Assembly: GCA_040954595.2 (NCBI GenBank)
Contig: CM082593.2
Location: forward strand, 4,915,434-4,979,433
Source of the DNA: Balanoglossus misakiensis
Lineage: Eukaryota > Animalia > Hemichordata
Reading direction: 5' to 3'
Length of the DNA stretch: 64,000 nt
Below are positions 40,604-53,070 of the stretch, piece after piece (the stretch's first letter is position 1; every line of letters begins with the position of its first letter). The notes beneath the pieces were generated by a model. That model ran no database searches, had not been told where the DNA came from, and was given only the letters and a program-made list of their open reading frames with translations. The position numbers and the translations under genes are program-made.

Positions 40604-41564
40604 GTAAGTTGTGGGATTGATCTAATAGCCACGATATGTATATGTGAATGGAATACGATAAGAGCTGGCTTAACAGCTTTTTGGCTGTGCTCACAGAATA
40701 TAAAGACAGTTCTGTAATAGGCTTAAAGTCACCACCTTTTGACAGTACAATTAACTGTATCTTTTGGCTATTTTTTTCCGAATATCTGTTTCGTACATCA
40801 AGTACAGTTTCTTGTTCTACTCCTGTAGCATACTAAAATACCTAGTATTCTGGCTTCTGTTTGTATGATGGCCGTTATTGTCGACAACTGAATTCAAGTG
40901 TGGACTCGAATTTAATTTTCAACAATGACAGCGCTGGCTGGACACACATCAGTTGCGTTGATAGGTTAAACACTTTATGGATTCGAAACTGTAAGTGGTA
41001 GTTGATACACAAAACAAAAAATCACTGAATGAAATAGCCAGAAATTATATATCTGTGGACTCGTGTAAGAACTTCAGTTTCAGGAAACCCTAGACTACTT
41101 TCTAAAGCTGAATTTCAACCCTCTGTCTTTTTCTCATACACTGTGACAACCTACCGACATTTGGTTTGTTAAATACTCAATGTGTTCAGTTCTAATCTGA
41201 AGTAGAACCCTCAGGTGATGCTGCTAGATTATCGCAGAACTTTTGCAATTTAGATATTTTAGTTTCTTCTTGAGTGATGATCATTGATAAGAAACTGAGG
41301 AATATGATCACACGTTTGTCTTGCCACTTGTTTGGTACGCTTTGCATTGCTCATGATTTTTGTCTCAGTAGTTATTGATAGATGTCCAGATTCTTGTTGA
41401 GAATTGTAAATTATCGGTCTTAAGGTTCTCAGAGTTTATTTTGGTTTTCATCAATATTTCATGCGACTACTGCTTCTGAATTTCCATGCATTACAACTGC
41501 TGTGCCCATAAGTCATGTTTTTGCATAATAATTTGAAAAATGTATATTCTTTGTGTCTCCACAG

Positions 41565-41667
41565 GGTAAATGACTGCTTGATGAAAATCAATGATGTTGA
41601 CTTGACAAATGTTGACCCTGTCCAAGCCATCCAAGCTGTCAAGAGTGGTAGTGGTGTGCTAAATATG
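41565..41667 (+). CDS. DLG5: DLG5 PDZ1, second half
   Basis: VNDCLMKINDVDLTN...VLNM; acag acceptor, gtaagt donor, phase 2/0. Confidence 0.92.
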
Positions 41668-41914
41668 GTAAGTGTGATGTGATGTTGATTTGGTGAGCTG
41701 TGATGTTCAAAAATCATACTATGCTGTGATGTACAATGACGCACCCAATAGAATGTATTGAACTGAAACAGTGCATCCAGAATGATTATTTTACACAGGC
41801 TCTAAACCACATGTATGTCAAGAGAATGTTGTTGAGATATAAAAACACTGAGTGCAATATTTGGGCATGTTTTATTATCCACTCCCCCTAAATGAATAGC
41901 GTATTCTTCTTCAG

Positions 41915-42091
41915 GTGATCAAGAGAAGGAGGCCCTCCAGTGGCAGAGCTGTGACACCCATTCGTCTCAACCTACCACAGAGTAGAGACCTTGGGCTTAT
42001 TCTTGAGCAGGGTATTTTTGTAAGCCGAGTTACTGCAGGTTCTGTTGCTTCAAAAGAGGGCAACATAGCTATTGGAGACCGACTTATTAAT
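41915..42091 (+). CDS. DLG5: DLG5 PDZ2, first part
   Basis: LGLILEQGIFVSRVTAGSVASKEGNIAIGDRLIN; tcag acceptor, gtaagt donor, phase 0/0. Confidence 0.92.
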
Positions 42092-42345
42092 GTAAGTATT
42101 TTTTCTTTATCTAATTTTTTCTGATCAAGATGTTTTTATAGATGATTATGCTTCTTGCTATAGTATCCTTTACTCGAGTTATGCCATCTGCTGACAGAGT
42201 CTGAGCCAAACATTGTAAACCTTTGAAAGTTAAAACAATCAGCTGAAACTTCTATGTCGGGACTTCCTGGGTAACTTAACAAATTGTTTGTTGTTTGTGG
42301 ATAATTTCTTTGTTTGTTGACTTTGGTTGTTTATTGTTTGATCAG

Positions 42346-44264
42346 GTCAACGGTTCTCCAGTGGAAAACAAGTCAGCAGCTGAGGTGGAGAAGCTGCTGG
42401 TCAACGCAGGTGATTCCGTCTGCTTGTCCGTTCTCCGGAGTCCGACGTCCTCCACGGCAAGCGGCAACAGCATGCTGGATTCCTTGAAGGAGAAGGGTTC
42501 CCACTCCTCCTCCAGGTCCAGTCTGGCGCGGTCGCCGTCCCACGGGGAGGGGCTGGAGGACCCGAGAGTGCAACTACAAAATGCAAATTCATACAAGCAC
42601 TCGTACGTGCAGACTGAGGACATGTACAGTGCGAAAATGAACGCCGCCAATGCGGAGAAGGCGTACCCGCACTGCATCCAACACATTGCTCAAGACAGCA
42701 TTGTCAAACCCGAGCCCACAGTGCCAGTCAAACCAGTGGTGAAAGAAAGCCCCAAGTACAGAGACCCGCCGAGTTTTGTTCCCCCGCCCCCGCCGCCACT
42801 GGAATCTCCCGATGAGGACAGTAAACTAGCATCATTGCCGAGGTTTCATATTCGCAAGCATCCAAGGAAAAGGGGCAGCGGGCGGGGCTGGCCGAAAGAG
42901 GAGAGCGGGGGCACCTGGCCCAAGTCGCAGGGGCCACCTGATATGTATGAACTGGAAGGCCAGGGTGTGTATATTGTACATCGGAGGCCAAAGGAAAGGG
43001 CCACCATTTTGGCCAATGGGTATGAGTGGAGGTATGCGCCAACACAGTCTAAAGACAGTAGTAATGGTGAGGTACCACCGATCCCACCCGACAGGAATTC
43101 GTCGCTGAAGGCGTCCTTTCGGCACAGCAGACAGTCATCCACACATTCGTCTGACTCTGCCAGTACGATAGTGGCCGAGAACTTGACCCCGCATCACACC
43201 CCGACGCCATCGTCTGCATCAACGGTCACCATGACGCCGAACCACACGCCACAGTCGTCCGTCGTGTCTAACGGAAACGGAAGAAACAGCCGCGAGGAGA
43301 AAGAGAATGTGCGCATAGCAACTGTTCATTACCAGACAAACTCTACACCAGAGACTGCAGTGGACTACACTGTCGTTTCGGGTACTGATATAAATGCAGC
43401 GCCTATTGTTGCACGTCCCACGTCTGCGCCTACAAGGCGCATCCAGGATGAAGTGCGCCCTCACAGCATAACCGGTACTGCCATGCATCAAAATTCCCCA
43501 TCATCGGAGTCGAACAGTATCCTTCCGCCAAGGAACGCCAATTTGCCGCCGCTGGTGTCGTCTTCAGACGTCATGCCGATTCCAGTTTTCCGAGCAGAAG
43601 CCAAGATTTCCCCCAGCAGTAGCTACATAAACGGCACGCAGATACGAACTTCACCACTCTCTCATCCGTCTCCCCATTCTGCCCCAGCGACCACCACAGT
43701 GCTACGATTCAAAGAGGTGCCATTCTTCACTGCCCAAAGTCGTGTTGTCTCGCATGCCAATCAGCCAGCAATTGCCACCCAGCCGCCAGTGCCCAGGTAC
43801 TCAACGCATTCCCCCAGCCAATCGGTGTCAGTCCGTGATCCTGACAGAGACAGAGCCAGCTCAGATTCGCCCAATAGCATTCTCTCGGACGAATACTCCT
43901 CCGGTAGTCCGGGATCACTGCATCGGGACATCAACAGAAGCTTGGATTACTCGTACAATTCCCCAAGCCACAGTCCACAGAAGACACAGCCATACCACAG
44001 CTTTGACGCAAACGACCAGTTTAATCCACTGCCTGCAAATAGAACACATCGGATTAAGTTTCCGGCCAACCCAAACCGCCGGAGTCCAGGTGGACATTCC
44101 AGTAGTTCCTTTGAGAAGAGTAGTCTGTCCATGTCATTCTCAGACAGGAGCAGTCCGATTTCACCAACGATTCCTGAAAACTCTGTTCCCTCGATTCAAA
44201 GTTCTTTAAGTTCTCTGTCGGCATCACAGACTAGTAATTCTTTGCCAAGACAGCTCAGGCCTAG
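42346..44264 (+). CDS. DLG5: DLG5 end of PDZ2 plus long Ser/Pro-rich disordered region
   Basis: 657-aa ORF; VNGSPVENKS completes the PDZ and SGGTWPK is present; atcag acceptor, gtaaga donor, phase 0/2. Confidence 0.92.
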
Positions 44265-44311
44265 GTAAGACCAATCATACATATTGATTCATTCGAGCAG
44301 TCACCCTTATA

Positions 44312-44428
44312 CAGTCCATCCTGTGATAATGGTCACCTCTGTATTTTGGAAACTTGTCTATATAGTGGCCACGTTGTTAGTTGCTGTATAATGTCATGTA
44401 CATTTATTGACCTGTCTAAAAAGGCGAC
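44312..44428. mobile_element. Degenerate, truncated copy of the same MITE family in reverse orientation, in a DLG5 intron
   Basis: TA|CAGTCCATCCTGTGATAATGGTCACCTCT resembles the reverse complement of the 4475 end. The later ctatatagtggccac and acctgtcta blocks also align. Confidence 0.6.
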
Positions 44429-44470
44429 ATGTACGCTGAAATGACATTTTCTTTTTGTTTTGTTGTCCAG

Positions 44471-44630
44471 ATCTGATCAACCAAGGTACATAGTCATCGA
44501 CAAAACGTCCGAACCATCGCTGGGTTTTTCAATAAAACAGGGTCCTCACAGTGGTGTGTTCGTTGCGTCGGTCACAGACGGAAGCCTGGCTGCCATTCAT
44601 GGCTTGGATTATGGTGACCAAATTCTAGAG
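44471..44630 (+). CDS. DLG5: DLG5 PDZ3, first half
   Basis: SLGFSIKQG...GVFVASVTDGSLAAIHGLDYGDQILE; phase 2/0. Confidence 0.92.
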
Positions 44631-44782
44631 GTAAAAATTCACGCAGTAAAAATGTTAAATGTTACAGCTGTGTCAACTTTGAAGTCATTCATGAAATCCA
44701 ACCTATGGTTGCTTTTTCTAGAACAGGGTCTTTGTCATCGTGGATCTTCTCATTTTCGTTTTCGTCTGCCTTTTCCTTCCAG

Positions 44783-44885
44783 TTCAATGGGATCAATTTA
44801 CGATGTGCAACATACCACCAAGCGGCCAATATACTACGGCAGGGTGGGGAAAGCGTCACCATTCTGGCACAGTACAACCCCAAGA
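44783..44885 (+). CDS. DLG5: DLG5 PDZ3, second half
   Basis: FNGINLRCATYHQAANILRQGGESVTILAQYNP; phase 0/1. Confidence 0.92.
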
Positions 44886-45222
44886 GTAAGTAGCTATGAC
44901 ATTCGCTCTCCATTTACATTGTTAAAGTTCACTTATACTGTCCAGTATGTGTTGAAAGTCTCCACTGTGTTGAAAGTCTCCACTGTATAGAACTTTCTCA
45001 CATTATTTTCATGGTTTATACTTGTGCTTACCAAGGGGGCAATTTTCTGCTTGTCCCCTATCAACGAATGACTCAGAACATACCGTACATTGAACAAAAA
45101 ATAATAAATTAGTTGGAACTCAAATATGGTGGTCTCCATCAAACATATACACTTTGAGTTCCGAGGAAGCAGAATTCTCAACAGTTTCAGCATCTCTCTT
45201 GTCTTTTCTGTGTCGTTATCAG

Positions 45223-45388
45223 AACTTGAAGAAGATAATCCTGGCTCAAGTTCAAGTGCTCAGTCAACACCGACGGCGACACCCATAAGTACTGCGACAA
45301 ATTCTCCCACAACTAGCCAATCCCAGATGGACTTTTCTGAGTCGGGAACCATGACGCCACCGTCGCCTAGGAATGACTCCACTATGAG
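45223..45388 (+). CDS. DLG5: DLG5 Ser/Thr-rich linker exon
   Basis: LEEDNPGSSSSAQSTPT...SGTMTPPSPR; phase 1/2 fits both neighbours; the gtataa donor is weaker. Confidence 0.82.
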
Positions 45389-45689
45389 GTATAATACCAT
45401 AGTTACATCATTGCGTCTAATTCTCAGGAGTGTTGGTACCATATCTTGTAAATAGGCTTTGCACTCACTGGATGGTTGGTAAAATAAAGAATGAAATCAG
45501 AGCGCTAATGGCATTATGATCATTGTGAAAACAGAACATGACTGTTGGTGTGGTTGAGGTACAACCCAAACTTCAGAAGGGATTTCGTGAGGACCTGTAT
45601 AATGACATGACAGTCTCTTCATTTCCTTGTGGTCATCTCTGCTCCTGTCTCTTCCAAACTCTAACAACACATCTTTGTTTCCCATTTAG

Positions 45690-46002
45690 CCCAACGAACA
45701 GGCCAGAATCAATGTCAATGTCATTGCCCTTATCCATGGACCAAAGGTTCCATTTCATGCGTCACACCCTTCCAAATATGGGCGTTTCCGGGGATGGTGC
45801 GATAGAGATGCTCACCGGGATCGGAGGACTGTCGCCGCCATCAGAGCCCAGATTTGTATTCCTGAAAAAGACTTCTCCAACTTTGGGGGTCCGGATTGTG
45901 GGCGGCAATGCCGTGGGAATATTTGTGTCTGATATACAGCCTGACAGTGTGGCCAACCCACCTGGGAATATGGGTCTCAAACCGGGTGATCAGATACTTG
46001 AG
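45690..46002 (+). CDS. DLG5: DLG5 linker plus PDZ4, first half
   Basis: EPRFVFLKK...LGVRIVGGNAVGIFVSDI...GLKPGDQILE; ttag acceptor, gtgagt donor, phase 2/0. Confidence 0.88.
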
Positions 46003-46198
46003 GTGAGTCCAAACACATTGTGAAGCCTCTACCATTTGGATAACATGATGAAGTTGATCTCAGGGTCCAGTTGTTCAGACTTGGGAGCTGAGATGGAGGA
46101 GTGGGTGCTATGCAAACATGGTAGAAACATGAATAAAAAATGAACTGGTTTGGAAAATGAGCTTGATTTATTTTCTTCTTCTTTTTTCATGACCGTAG

Positions 46199-46301
46199 TT
46201 CAACGGAGTAAACCTGCGAGGGGCAACTGCAGAGCAAGCCACCATTGAATTGCAGAAACACACAGACTCAGTGACAGTCCTGGCACAGGCAAACATTGCA
46301 A
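46199..46301 (+). CDS. DLG5: DLG5 PDZ4, second half
   Basis: FNGVNLRGATAEQATIELQK...VTVLAQ; phase 0/1. Confidence 0.92.
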
Positions 46302-46665
46302 GTGAGTGTGACTGGTTTAACAATTTCAGTTGAACCATTTGATATTACTAAAGGGGAACAGGAGAAAGTGGGTCCAAAACATAGGATTGCAATTTCTTCC
46401 TTATCTCTTCAACTCAGCGATTTGCCGCTAATTCGGTTGGAAACTGTTATTCATCCAAGTTGTGTGGCCCTTGTATAGTCATCAGGTACATGTACTAGCT
46501 GCTGTAGAACGGCACCCATGCGACAGGCTGTGCTGTATCATTAGCGTTCTCATATAGGAAATATTCTTGACTAACAATCCAGTAGGAAATGTGCATTCCA
46601 TGGAATAACACAAGGTGAACTTCCTGTACCATAACTCAATTTGTTTCTTGTCTGCACAAATGCAG

Positions 46666-46888
46666 AATTTAAACAGATCCGTGATAAGCCAGGAGATGGT
46701 TTCTTCATCAAGACGCTTGTGGATAGACTGCCAGAAACCGAGGGAGACCTGAACATCAAGAGAGACGAAATCTACTATGTGGATGATACCATGTTCAAAG
46801 ACATCATGGGACATTGGAGAGCTTGGAAGGTTGACACGCTGGGTAGCAAGCCTGAACAGATTTGTGGACAGATTCCCAGTAGAGCTGC
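46666..46888 (+). CDS. DLG5: DLG5 SH3 exon
   Basis: PGDGFFIKTLVDR...VDDTMF...WRAWK...GQIPS; phase 1/2. Confidence 0.92.
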
Positions 46889-47292
46889 GTAAGTTTTGTT
46901 TGTACTCCAAAACTGTGTGTTCCATAAAATTCTGCCTAGAACTAGTAAGGAGTGCTGTAACTGCAATGAATACTTTACAAAAGAAAACATTTTCCATTGG
47001 TGTATCTTCTATTTTTTGTCCTTGTACAAATATGTTATATGTAGTTTGAGAGTCTTTATGTGGCAGCCATCTTTGATGCTACATGGTCCATGGTGATGGT
47101 CATTTTGAACTGTGATTTGTGGTGGCAGCCATCTTTGTGTATACGGTACTTGCAAATCTTCATAGCAACCAGTTTAGGTAATGTCACCGTATAGGACTGA
47201 GTCATCTTGTGGTTTGCAGAATATCACGAGGCCAGGTTGTCATTGTGTCCGACTCATAATACACTGCAATGTTTTTGTTCTTCCTCAAATAG

Positions 47293-47507
47293 ATTGGAAC
47301 AAGAGATTATCAGGAAGAGAAGCTTTTCAGAAGGCTTGGCTGAGGATGAACTTCGAAATGCGTCATCCAGGAGGGGCTCTGCTTCAGCCCGAAGAAGCTT
47401 CTTCCGACGGAAAAAGCACCAGAGGAACAATTCTAAGGACAGCCGGGAACTGAGCTCCATGGACGGTTCAATAAGTACTAGTTGTGATAGTGTGCCAATA
47501 CATGAAG
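47293..47507 (+). CDS. DLG5: DLG5 HOOK/basic linker exon
   Basis: SARRSFFRRKKHQRNNSKDSREL; gtgagt donor, phase 2/1. Confidence 0.9.
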
Positions 47508-47791
47508 GTGAGTCCTGAGAAATTTAGGGTTCATTACCAGCAATCCATTCACGTTTCCCAGCTACCTCTGTAGAACGCTAGGAAGCCAAGCTGTGTGATG
47601 TTCCAGCGAATAGTGTGCAGTTTATCTGTTTCAACTTCCATCCCGGTTTATCTTTGTAGAGGTAAAACTTTATGAAAAACGATGCATTAGAAGCAAACCA
47701 TAGTGGTTAAAGGATTACATGTAGTCTTATTCCTTTGCTTTCTGCCACAGCCATCAAATATTCTGACGTGATATTCTTGTTTCATTTTCAG

Positions 47792-47833
47792 AGTTTATCG
47801 TGCCTACATATCTGAGAGTAGAGAGACTTGACA
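47792..47833 (+). CDS. DLG5: DLG5 42-nt exon (FIVPTYLRVERLD)
   Basis: ttcag acceptor, gtaagt donor, phase 1/1; the Y-x-x-V strand typical of the SH3-GUK junction. Confidence 0.88.
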
Positions 47834-48057
47834 GTAAGTTCATGGTGTTCTTCTAGTTTTCAAAATCTTGATGTTAAATCCAGTGCCGGTCTGTTGTGAT
47901 AATGCTACAGATGATGCTATTGGTTAATCAGTTATTGACAAGCCTCATTCTCCACTGATGTGACCAATAGAAACTTCTCACATCAAAATGCTTTGACCCA
48001 TCCCATTCTGTACAAGCTGCACATCACTAATCGTCTCTATGCATATTAAATTTCCAG

Positions 48058-48159
48058 GTAAATTCAAGCGTCCGGTTTTGTTGCTTGGAACATTTGTTGA
48101 CGCGGTCACAGAAAAAATGGTGCTGGAATCACCGAATAAATTCTGTCGCTGTGTTCCGG
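48058..48159 (+). CDS. DLG5: DLG5 GUK exon 1
   Basis: KRPVLLLG...KFCRCVP; phase 1/1. Confidence 0.9.
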
Positions 48160-48327
48160 GTAAGTAGTGTGCAGAAGACTCTTTGAAAATTGTCATAATT
48201 TGACCCGAAATCAATATCTAACTCATTCCAATACAAGGCAATGGCAGTACATCCAGCTGAATGCCCATTGTACACTCTTGATTCAGCACTTATGGAAAAT
48301 GTTATTTTTCCTCATCTACCCCTCCAG

Positions 48328-48455
48328 AAATTGTGAGAGCATCCCCACAGACAATAGAGAAAACTCTCGCAGACTGTCTGATTATTGACAAGAGGAGGCG
48401 AAGAAGCCATTATGAAATTATCACTGTTGCTGCCATCAAGGAAGTTTCTAACAAG
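48328..48455 (+). CDS. DLG5: DLG5 GUK exon 2
   Basis: IDKRRRRSHYEIITVAAIKEVSNK; phase 1/0. Confidence 0.9.
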
Positions 48456-48734
48456 GTGGGTGAAGTGTGATTCCAACCCCTGATGTCAGAGGTCGTCAGA
48501 CATTTGATACCCAGTACATGTAGCACTCAATTTAATTTTGAGATTCTATTGGTCTCTGTAGCTCACTTCGATATTGTCTGTGTCTGTCTGTGTGGTGTCT
48601 CCTTTCTGTGCCCCTCCCCTCTTGTTCTCTTCCTCACCATTCTCTCCGTCATCCCTCCCCCTTTCTTACATCTTATAGTATTGCAAGCCCAGAAAAATGG
48701 GAATTAACTGAATGCATTTACTTTCCTCTTTCAG

Positions 48735-48844
48735 AATTGCCACTGTATTTTAGACGTTTGTCCAACAGCGGTGGAGAGACTTCATCGTGCTCACTTATTT
48801 CCTATTGTGATATTTATGAAACACAAGTCAGCCAAACAGATCAA
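48735..48844 (+). CDS. DLG5: DLG5 GUK exon 3
   Basis: NCHCILDVCPTAVERLHRAHLFPIVIFMKHKSAKQI; phase 0/2. Confidence 0.92.
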
Positions 48845-49192
48845 GTGAGTTTCCCTACTCCTCTCCCATTTCATGATGTTTGTCAACCTTCCGTGAAATC
48901 GTACAAGCTAAGCCAGAAACCTGTTCTGTCATGCAAATGGTCTGTTATTGCAAACGTGCAATGTCTGCATAAAACAGTCAGCTGAGCAACAAAATGTGTT
49001 GTGTCAAACAAACAAGTAATCCTATAGTCAATGGCACAATACCCAGATCATTTCAGAAATTCCATCATAAGTCAACATCACAAAGGAACATTTAGTTTCC
49101 ACTTTGACAGAAATGGCATTGGGTACAGATGTCAAATACAATGATATGACTTACTCAAACCTTTAACTCTCATCTTTTTTCACTGCATACAG

Positions 49193-49302
49193 AGAACAAA
49201 AGGACCCACGGTTCTTGACAGAAAAAATCACCATGAAACAAGCAAAAGAAATGTTTGACATTGCCACCCGCATGGAAAATGAATTCCGACATATATTTAC
49301 AG
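49193..49302 (+). CDS. DLG5: DLG5 GUK exon 4
   Basis: EQKDPRFL...KEMFDIATRMENEFRHIFT; phase 2/1. Confidence 0.92.
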
Positions 49303-49415
49303 GTAAGAAGTTAACATTTTCATACATTTGTTACTTTTTTGAGATAGTTTTTAAAATAACTGAGATTTTCTTTATTGTATTATTAATTCTTTTCCTTCCG
49401 TTTCTTGTCTTTCAG

Positions 49416-49522
49416 CAATTGTGCATGGGCCAAACCTGGCAAGGCTATGTATGCAGGTGAAGAAGGTGGTCGACCAAGAACAGAGCAAGACTCTTTGGGT
49501 ACCCTCAAGTGCCCCGTTATGA
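49416..49522 (+). CDS. DLG5: DLG5 terminal coding exon
   Basis: VKKVVDQEQSKTLWVPSSAPL then TGA; the EQ-x-x-x-x-W-VP ending is typical of MAGUKs. Confidence 0.92.
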
Positions 49523-51834
49523 ACAACCAACACACATTTCATTGACATAGTACACACAGTTCTGTGACGTCATGTGTGACACACACCAGTATGAAATGCT
49601 GCCATAGTCACTTTGTGCTGCTCTCGTCGTTATAGAGGGCAGTGTTCGGAAAAGTGGACCTGCGAAGTTTTGACAGAAGCTGGCAGTGAGACGCCTTCCT
49701 TGTTGTGTCAAACTGTAAAGCAGTGTTTGTGAGGTTTTCGAAGATCGAACCAGCAGTGGTTGTTCTTCGATTCTATGGATGGGCAAAGGATCAGCTAAGA
49801 ACAGAAAAACAGGGAAGATTTTGCAAAGAACAGTACAGAAAACTACCAGGACACAAATGTAATATAGGAGTGGAATAGGTAGACTATACTCTGTCAAGCA
49901 CACAGTCACAGATTGTGATTGAACCCTGTTTTAAGGCAGAAAAAAGATCACTTTTCAAATGATGTGTTGTTCGCTTTCTGTGTAGATATGTAGAATTTCA
50001 GTAACTTCTGTTCGACATTTTAGGTGCAAACCTCATCTGCTGCTGGCAGCTGTGTAGAAGGGACAAAGTTTTCTGTGTTTTTTTTAGTGGAAAATACGTT
50101 TTTGACTTGATAAAATTAAAGTGTTAACTTTTAATATTTTTGGTGTTCAGAACACACAATAATTATGACTTTTTGTAGGTCAAAAACTTCAAGACTGTGA
50201 AATAGAGGCAGTGTGGCCTAGTGAAAGTGGCCATTTGAAGCAGGTTTTACAAGGGAAGATTCCAGTCGCTCTCCTAAAATCAAAATAAGCAATATGGTAC
50301 AAAAAGACACAAGGGATGAGATTTATTTCTGTGCGATGTAAAACAAAATTGTATGTTTTAAATGGTTCCTGTGTAGGTTCAAAGTAAGCCATTAAGTTTC
50401 TTACAAATTCAGCAGGTGTCATAAAATTTTCTATCTTTCTCATTCATCACGAACCAGTTAAGAAAAGTCAAAGGAAGTGGCCATAACATTTAGTTGTGAA
50501 AAAATAACATGAAGGTTGTAAGGCAAACAAATTCACATTTTACCCATCTCTTTTGAGTGATAAATTTTAATTTCACTTTAATATGCTATTAAAGAAAAAA
50601 AACACCTCGCAATTTCAACAGATGTAAATTTTCTCCAAAGTTTGACCATTTTCAAGGCATTCAAGTTGCTGTGTGCTATAATTTTGGGCACTCTATTTGT
50701 ATATATTGATCTGGGCAACTTTCTAAGACTCTATGTCTTGTCGATCTGCATTGATTATTCGATGGAGAACAAAGATTATTATTATCAGTGTTGGCAAAAA
50801 TATTTTCCTTGTGGTCTGTGTACAAATTCTGTAAAAGTCTATCTGTTCTCAATTTCAATGGAGACAACGGCGAAGAAGACAGTCAGTGTTTTAAACAAGC
50901 ATCCGGTCATTTTTCGATGGGGGTGTACCTTGTGACAGTGTCAGTGTTAATTCATGTATAGCCTGTCAGATTTGTGAGAATGCAATATTACAGAGCAGAG
51001 AAAAGTAGTGTTTATGGAAATTTTATATTCAGCAGTTGCAGCTGTTCTGATCATTTTCAAGATTGTGTAATGTGATTTTTTGGTACTCCAGTGTACCATA
51101 TTTGAAGTCGTACAGCAGATAGTGTCTATGATAGCAGGCAAATCAGAGTAGTGGGCCATTTTCAGTTTTTCCCTCCGATTCATTTCAACAGTCATGTCAA
51201 ACTAAAAATGTTACATTGAGGGTGTTCAGAGTGTTGTCTGCACTAAATGTATGGGTACAATGTATTATGGAGCTTGTATTTGGTCTATTTTAACAGAAAG
51301 GTTATGGAGGGATTACATGTACTTGGAGATCCATTTGATGGTGTCTGAGAATACTATAAACATTATGGACACTCTCTGTGTGAATGGCCAGCACATTAGA
51401 GTAATTGTTTCTGTAAAAATTGCCCACACTTTCATGTAGTCATGTAGGAAGTTGGTATGGGATGACCTGGAAGTGATTGTCCTCGATATCACAAGAAGGT
51501 CATTGACATTTTTTCATGGAAAGGGCGCCCGAAGTCTGCTCAGAATTATTTTAATGTGGGGAAAGGGGGTTTGGATGACTTGCAACCAGGTGTGAATTCC
51601 TTGTACGCTTCAAGCCAACACTTCTGACTTTTGCATCTCTTCATCATCTCACAAAAAAACAACCAGGTATCACCTTAGCAAATAGTAATGATTCCAATGT
51701 AGATCGAATTATAGAAAAATTAGAAAACTCTGAATGGATGAATGTACTTTTCTGCTGAATTGTATGTGATGCTTGCTTTCTGTTTGGTTCGTTGGTTGGT
51801 TGTTTGTTTCTGCTTGCAGTGAGTGAATGTGGCC

Positions 51835-51840
51835 AATAAA
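51835..51840 (+). terminator. Candidate polyadenylation signal for DLG5 (3' UTR about 2.3 kb)
   Basis: AATAAA followed by GT/T-rich sequence downstream of the stop. Confidence 0.5.
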
Positions 51841-52601
51841 GAGCTTCTGTGGTCTTCAATATAATTCATGTGTCGAGTGTTTATTTCCACAATATTTGGT
51901 TTCTATGTGGACATCTGCTATAGGACCATGACCACTCTCTCAATTGTTTGTAAGAGGACACATGACTAGGTGGCACATTCTTTGAGGGAGAAATGTAAAT
52001 TTTCAATTTGTTCTTTTTACAACACTCGGTGACTGTGAATTGAGTACTAACTACTCAATACACTGGTATAAAATTCGTATAGGTTTGAATCTTGATATCA
52101 TACAGGGGCTAGCGCCCCCTTGAGTCTAGTTTATAAATCTCTTTGTTTTCATAGACCCCAAGCCAAAAATACTGCGTATGGAGAAAAGTTTGTCGAGACA
52201 CACGACCATTACATGTTACTGTTCAGCAACCAATATATGTATTGATAGGAGATTGACACGGTCTCCGGACAAAAAACCATCGCGTAGTCGCCCCATCTTT
52301 GGGTAAAAGCCATGACCAGAAACCCTTTAAAACGTTTTTTTACGGCCCTACATGTAAACAACAGACAATGCAGCTAAGACCTGCGAAATTTCCTGAACAC
52401 GGGGAAAGTAACGTGCGGCCATGTAGCTATAGCTCATGATGAAAGCTACATGTACGCATTTATGCCTGAGTTAAACTAAAACCTTTCAGAATATATGCAC
52501 ACAAATTTGCCATTGGCATTATTTTTTTCAGCTTTTCGCGTGCTAAGTTTATGTTTGTGGTTAGAAAGAATACAGTTATTATTACCTGTATGCGAACTTG
52601 G

Positions 52602-53070
52602 CCATTCTTGGGATTTCCATGTATATCCAGGACCGTCACACACAAAACGGACCATTTTGCTTGTTTAACGACAACCTCTCCAGGAAAATTACGCATGGAC
52701 GTATCCGTGTCCATTCCTCGTCTGTTTTATCTGCTTTCCTCAAATTCCTGGTAGAATACACTTCCAACTTCCTTTCCGGTGCAACAACTTCAGCCAAAGC
52801 TTCCATTCTTGGGATTTCCATGTATTTCCAGGACCGTCACACACAAAACGGACCATTTTGCTTGTTTAACAGCAACCTCTCCAGGAAAGTAACACATGGA
52901 CGTATCCGTGTCCATTCCTCGTCTTTTTCATCTGCTTTCCTCAAATTCCTGGTAGAACACACTTCCAACTTTCTTTCCGTTGCAACATCTTCAGCCAAAG
53001 CTTCCATTCTTGGGATGTTTCCATGTATATCCAGGACCGTCACACACAAAACGGACCATTTTGCTTGTTT
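52602..53070. repeat. 201-bp tandem repeat, about 2.3 copies
   Basis: Units begin CCATTCTTGGGAT at 52602, 52803 and 53004 and differ by few substitutions. Confidence 0.92.

Larger units (their letters stand above)
21479..49522 (+). other. DLG5: DLG5 gene span (20 coding exons, 5' end not resolved in window): coiled coil-PDZ1-PDZ2-disordered region-PDZ3-PDZ4-SH3-GUK
   Basis: All exons are GT-AG bounded with consistent phases. The summed CDS is 5978 nt starting in phase 1, with no internal stop. DLG5-like segments: AHQSRDSAIDADSGEWETETVE, SGGTWPK, SARRSFFRRKKHQR and C-terminal EQSKTLWVPSSAPL*. Confidence 0.93.

Noticed and set aside
42342-44209. Overlapping alternative-frame and antisense ORFs
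   Set aside because: Expected by-products of a GC-richer, Ser/Pro-coding exon.
44948-44987. Short tandem duplication TGTGTTGAAAGTCTCCAC (similar small ones near 6217 and 18364)
   Set aside because: Ordinary intronic slippage duplications.
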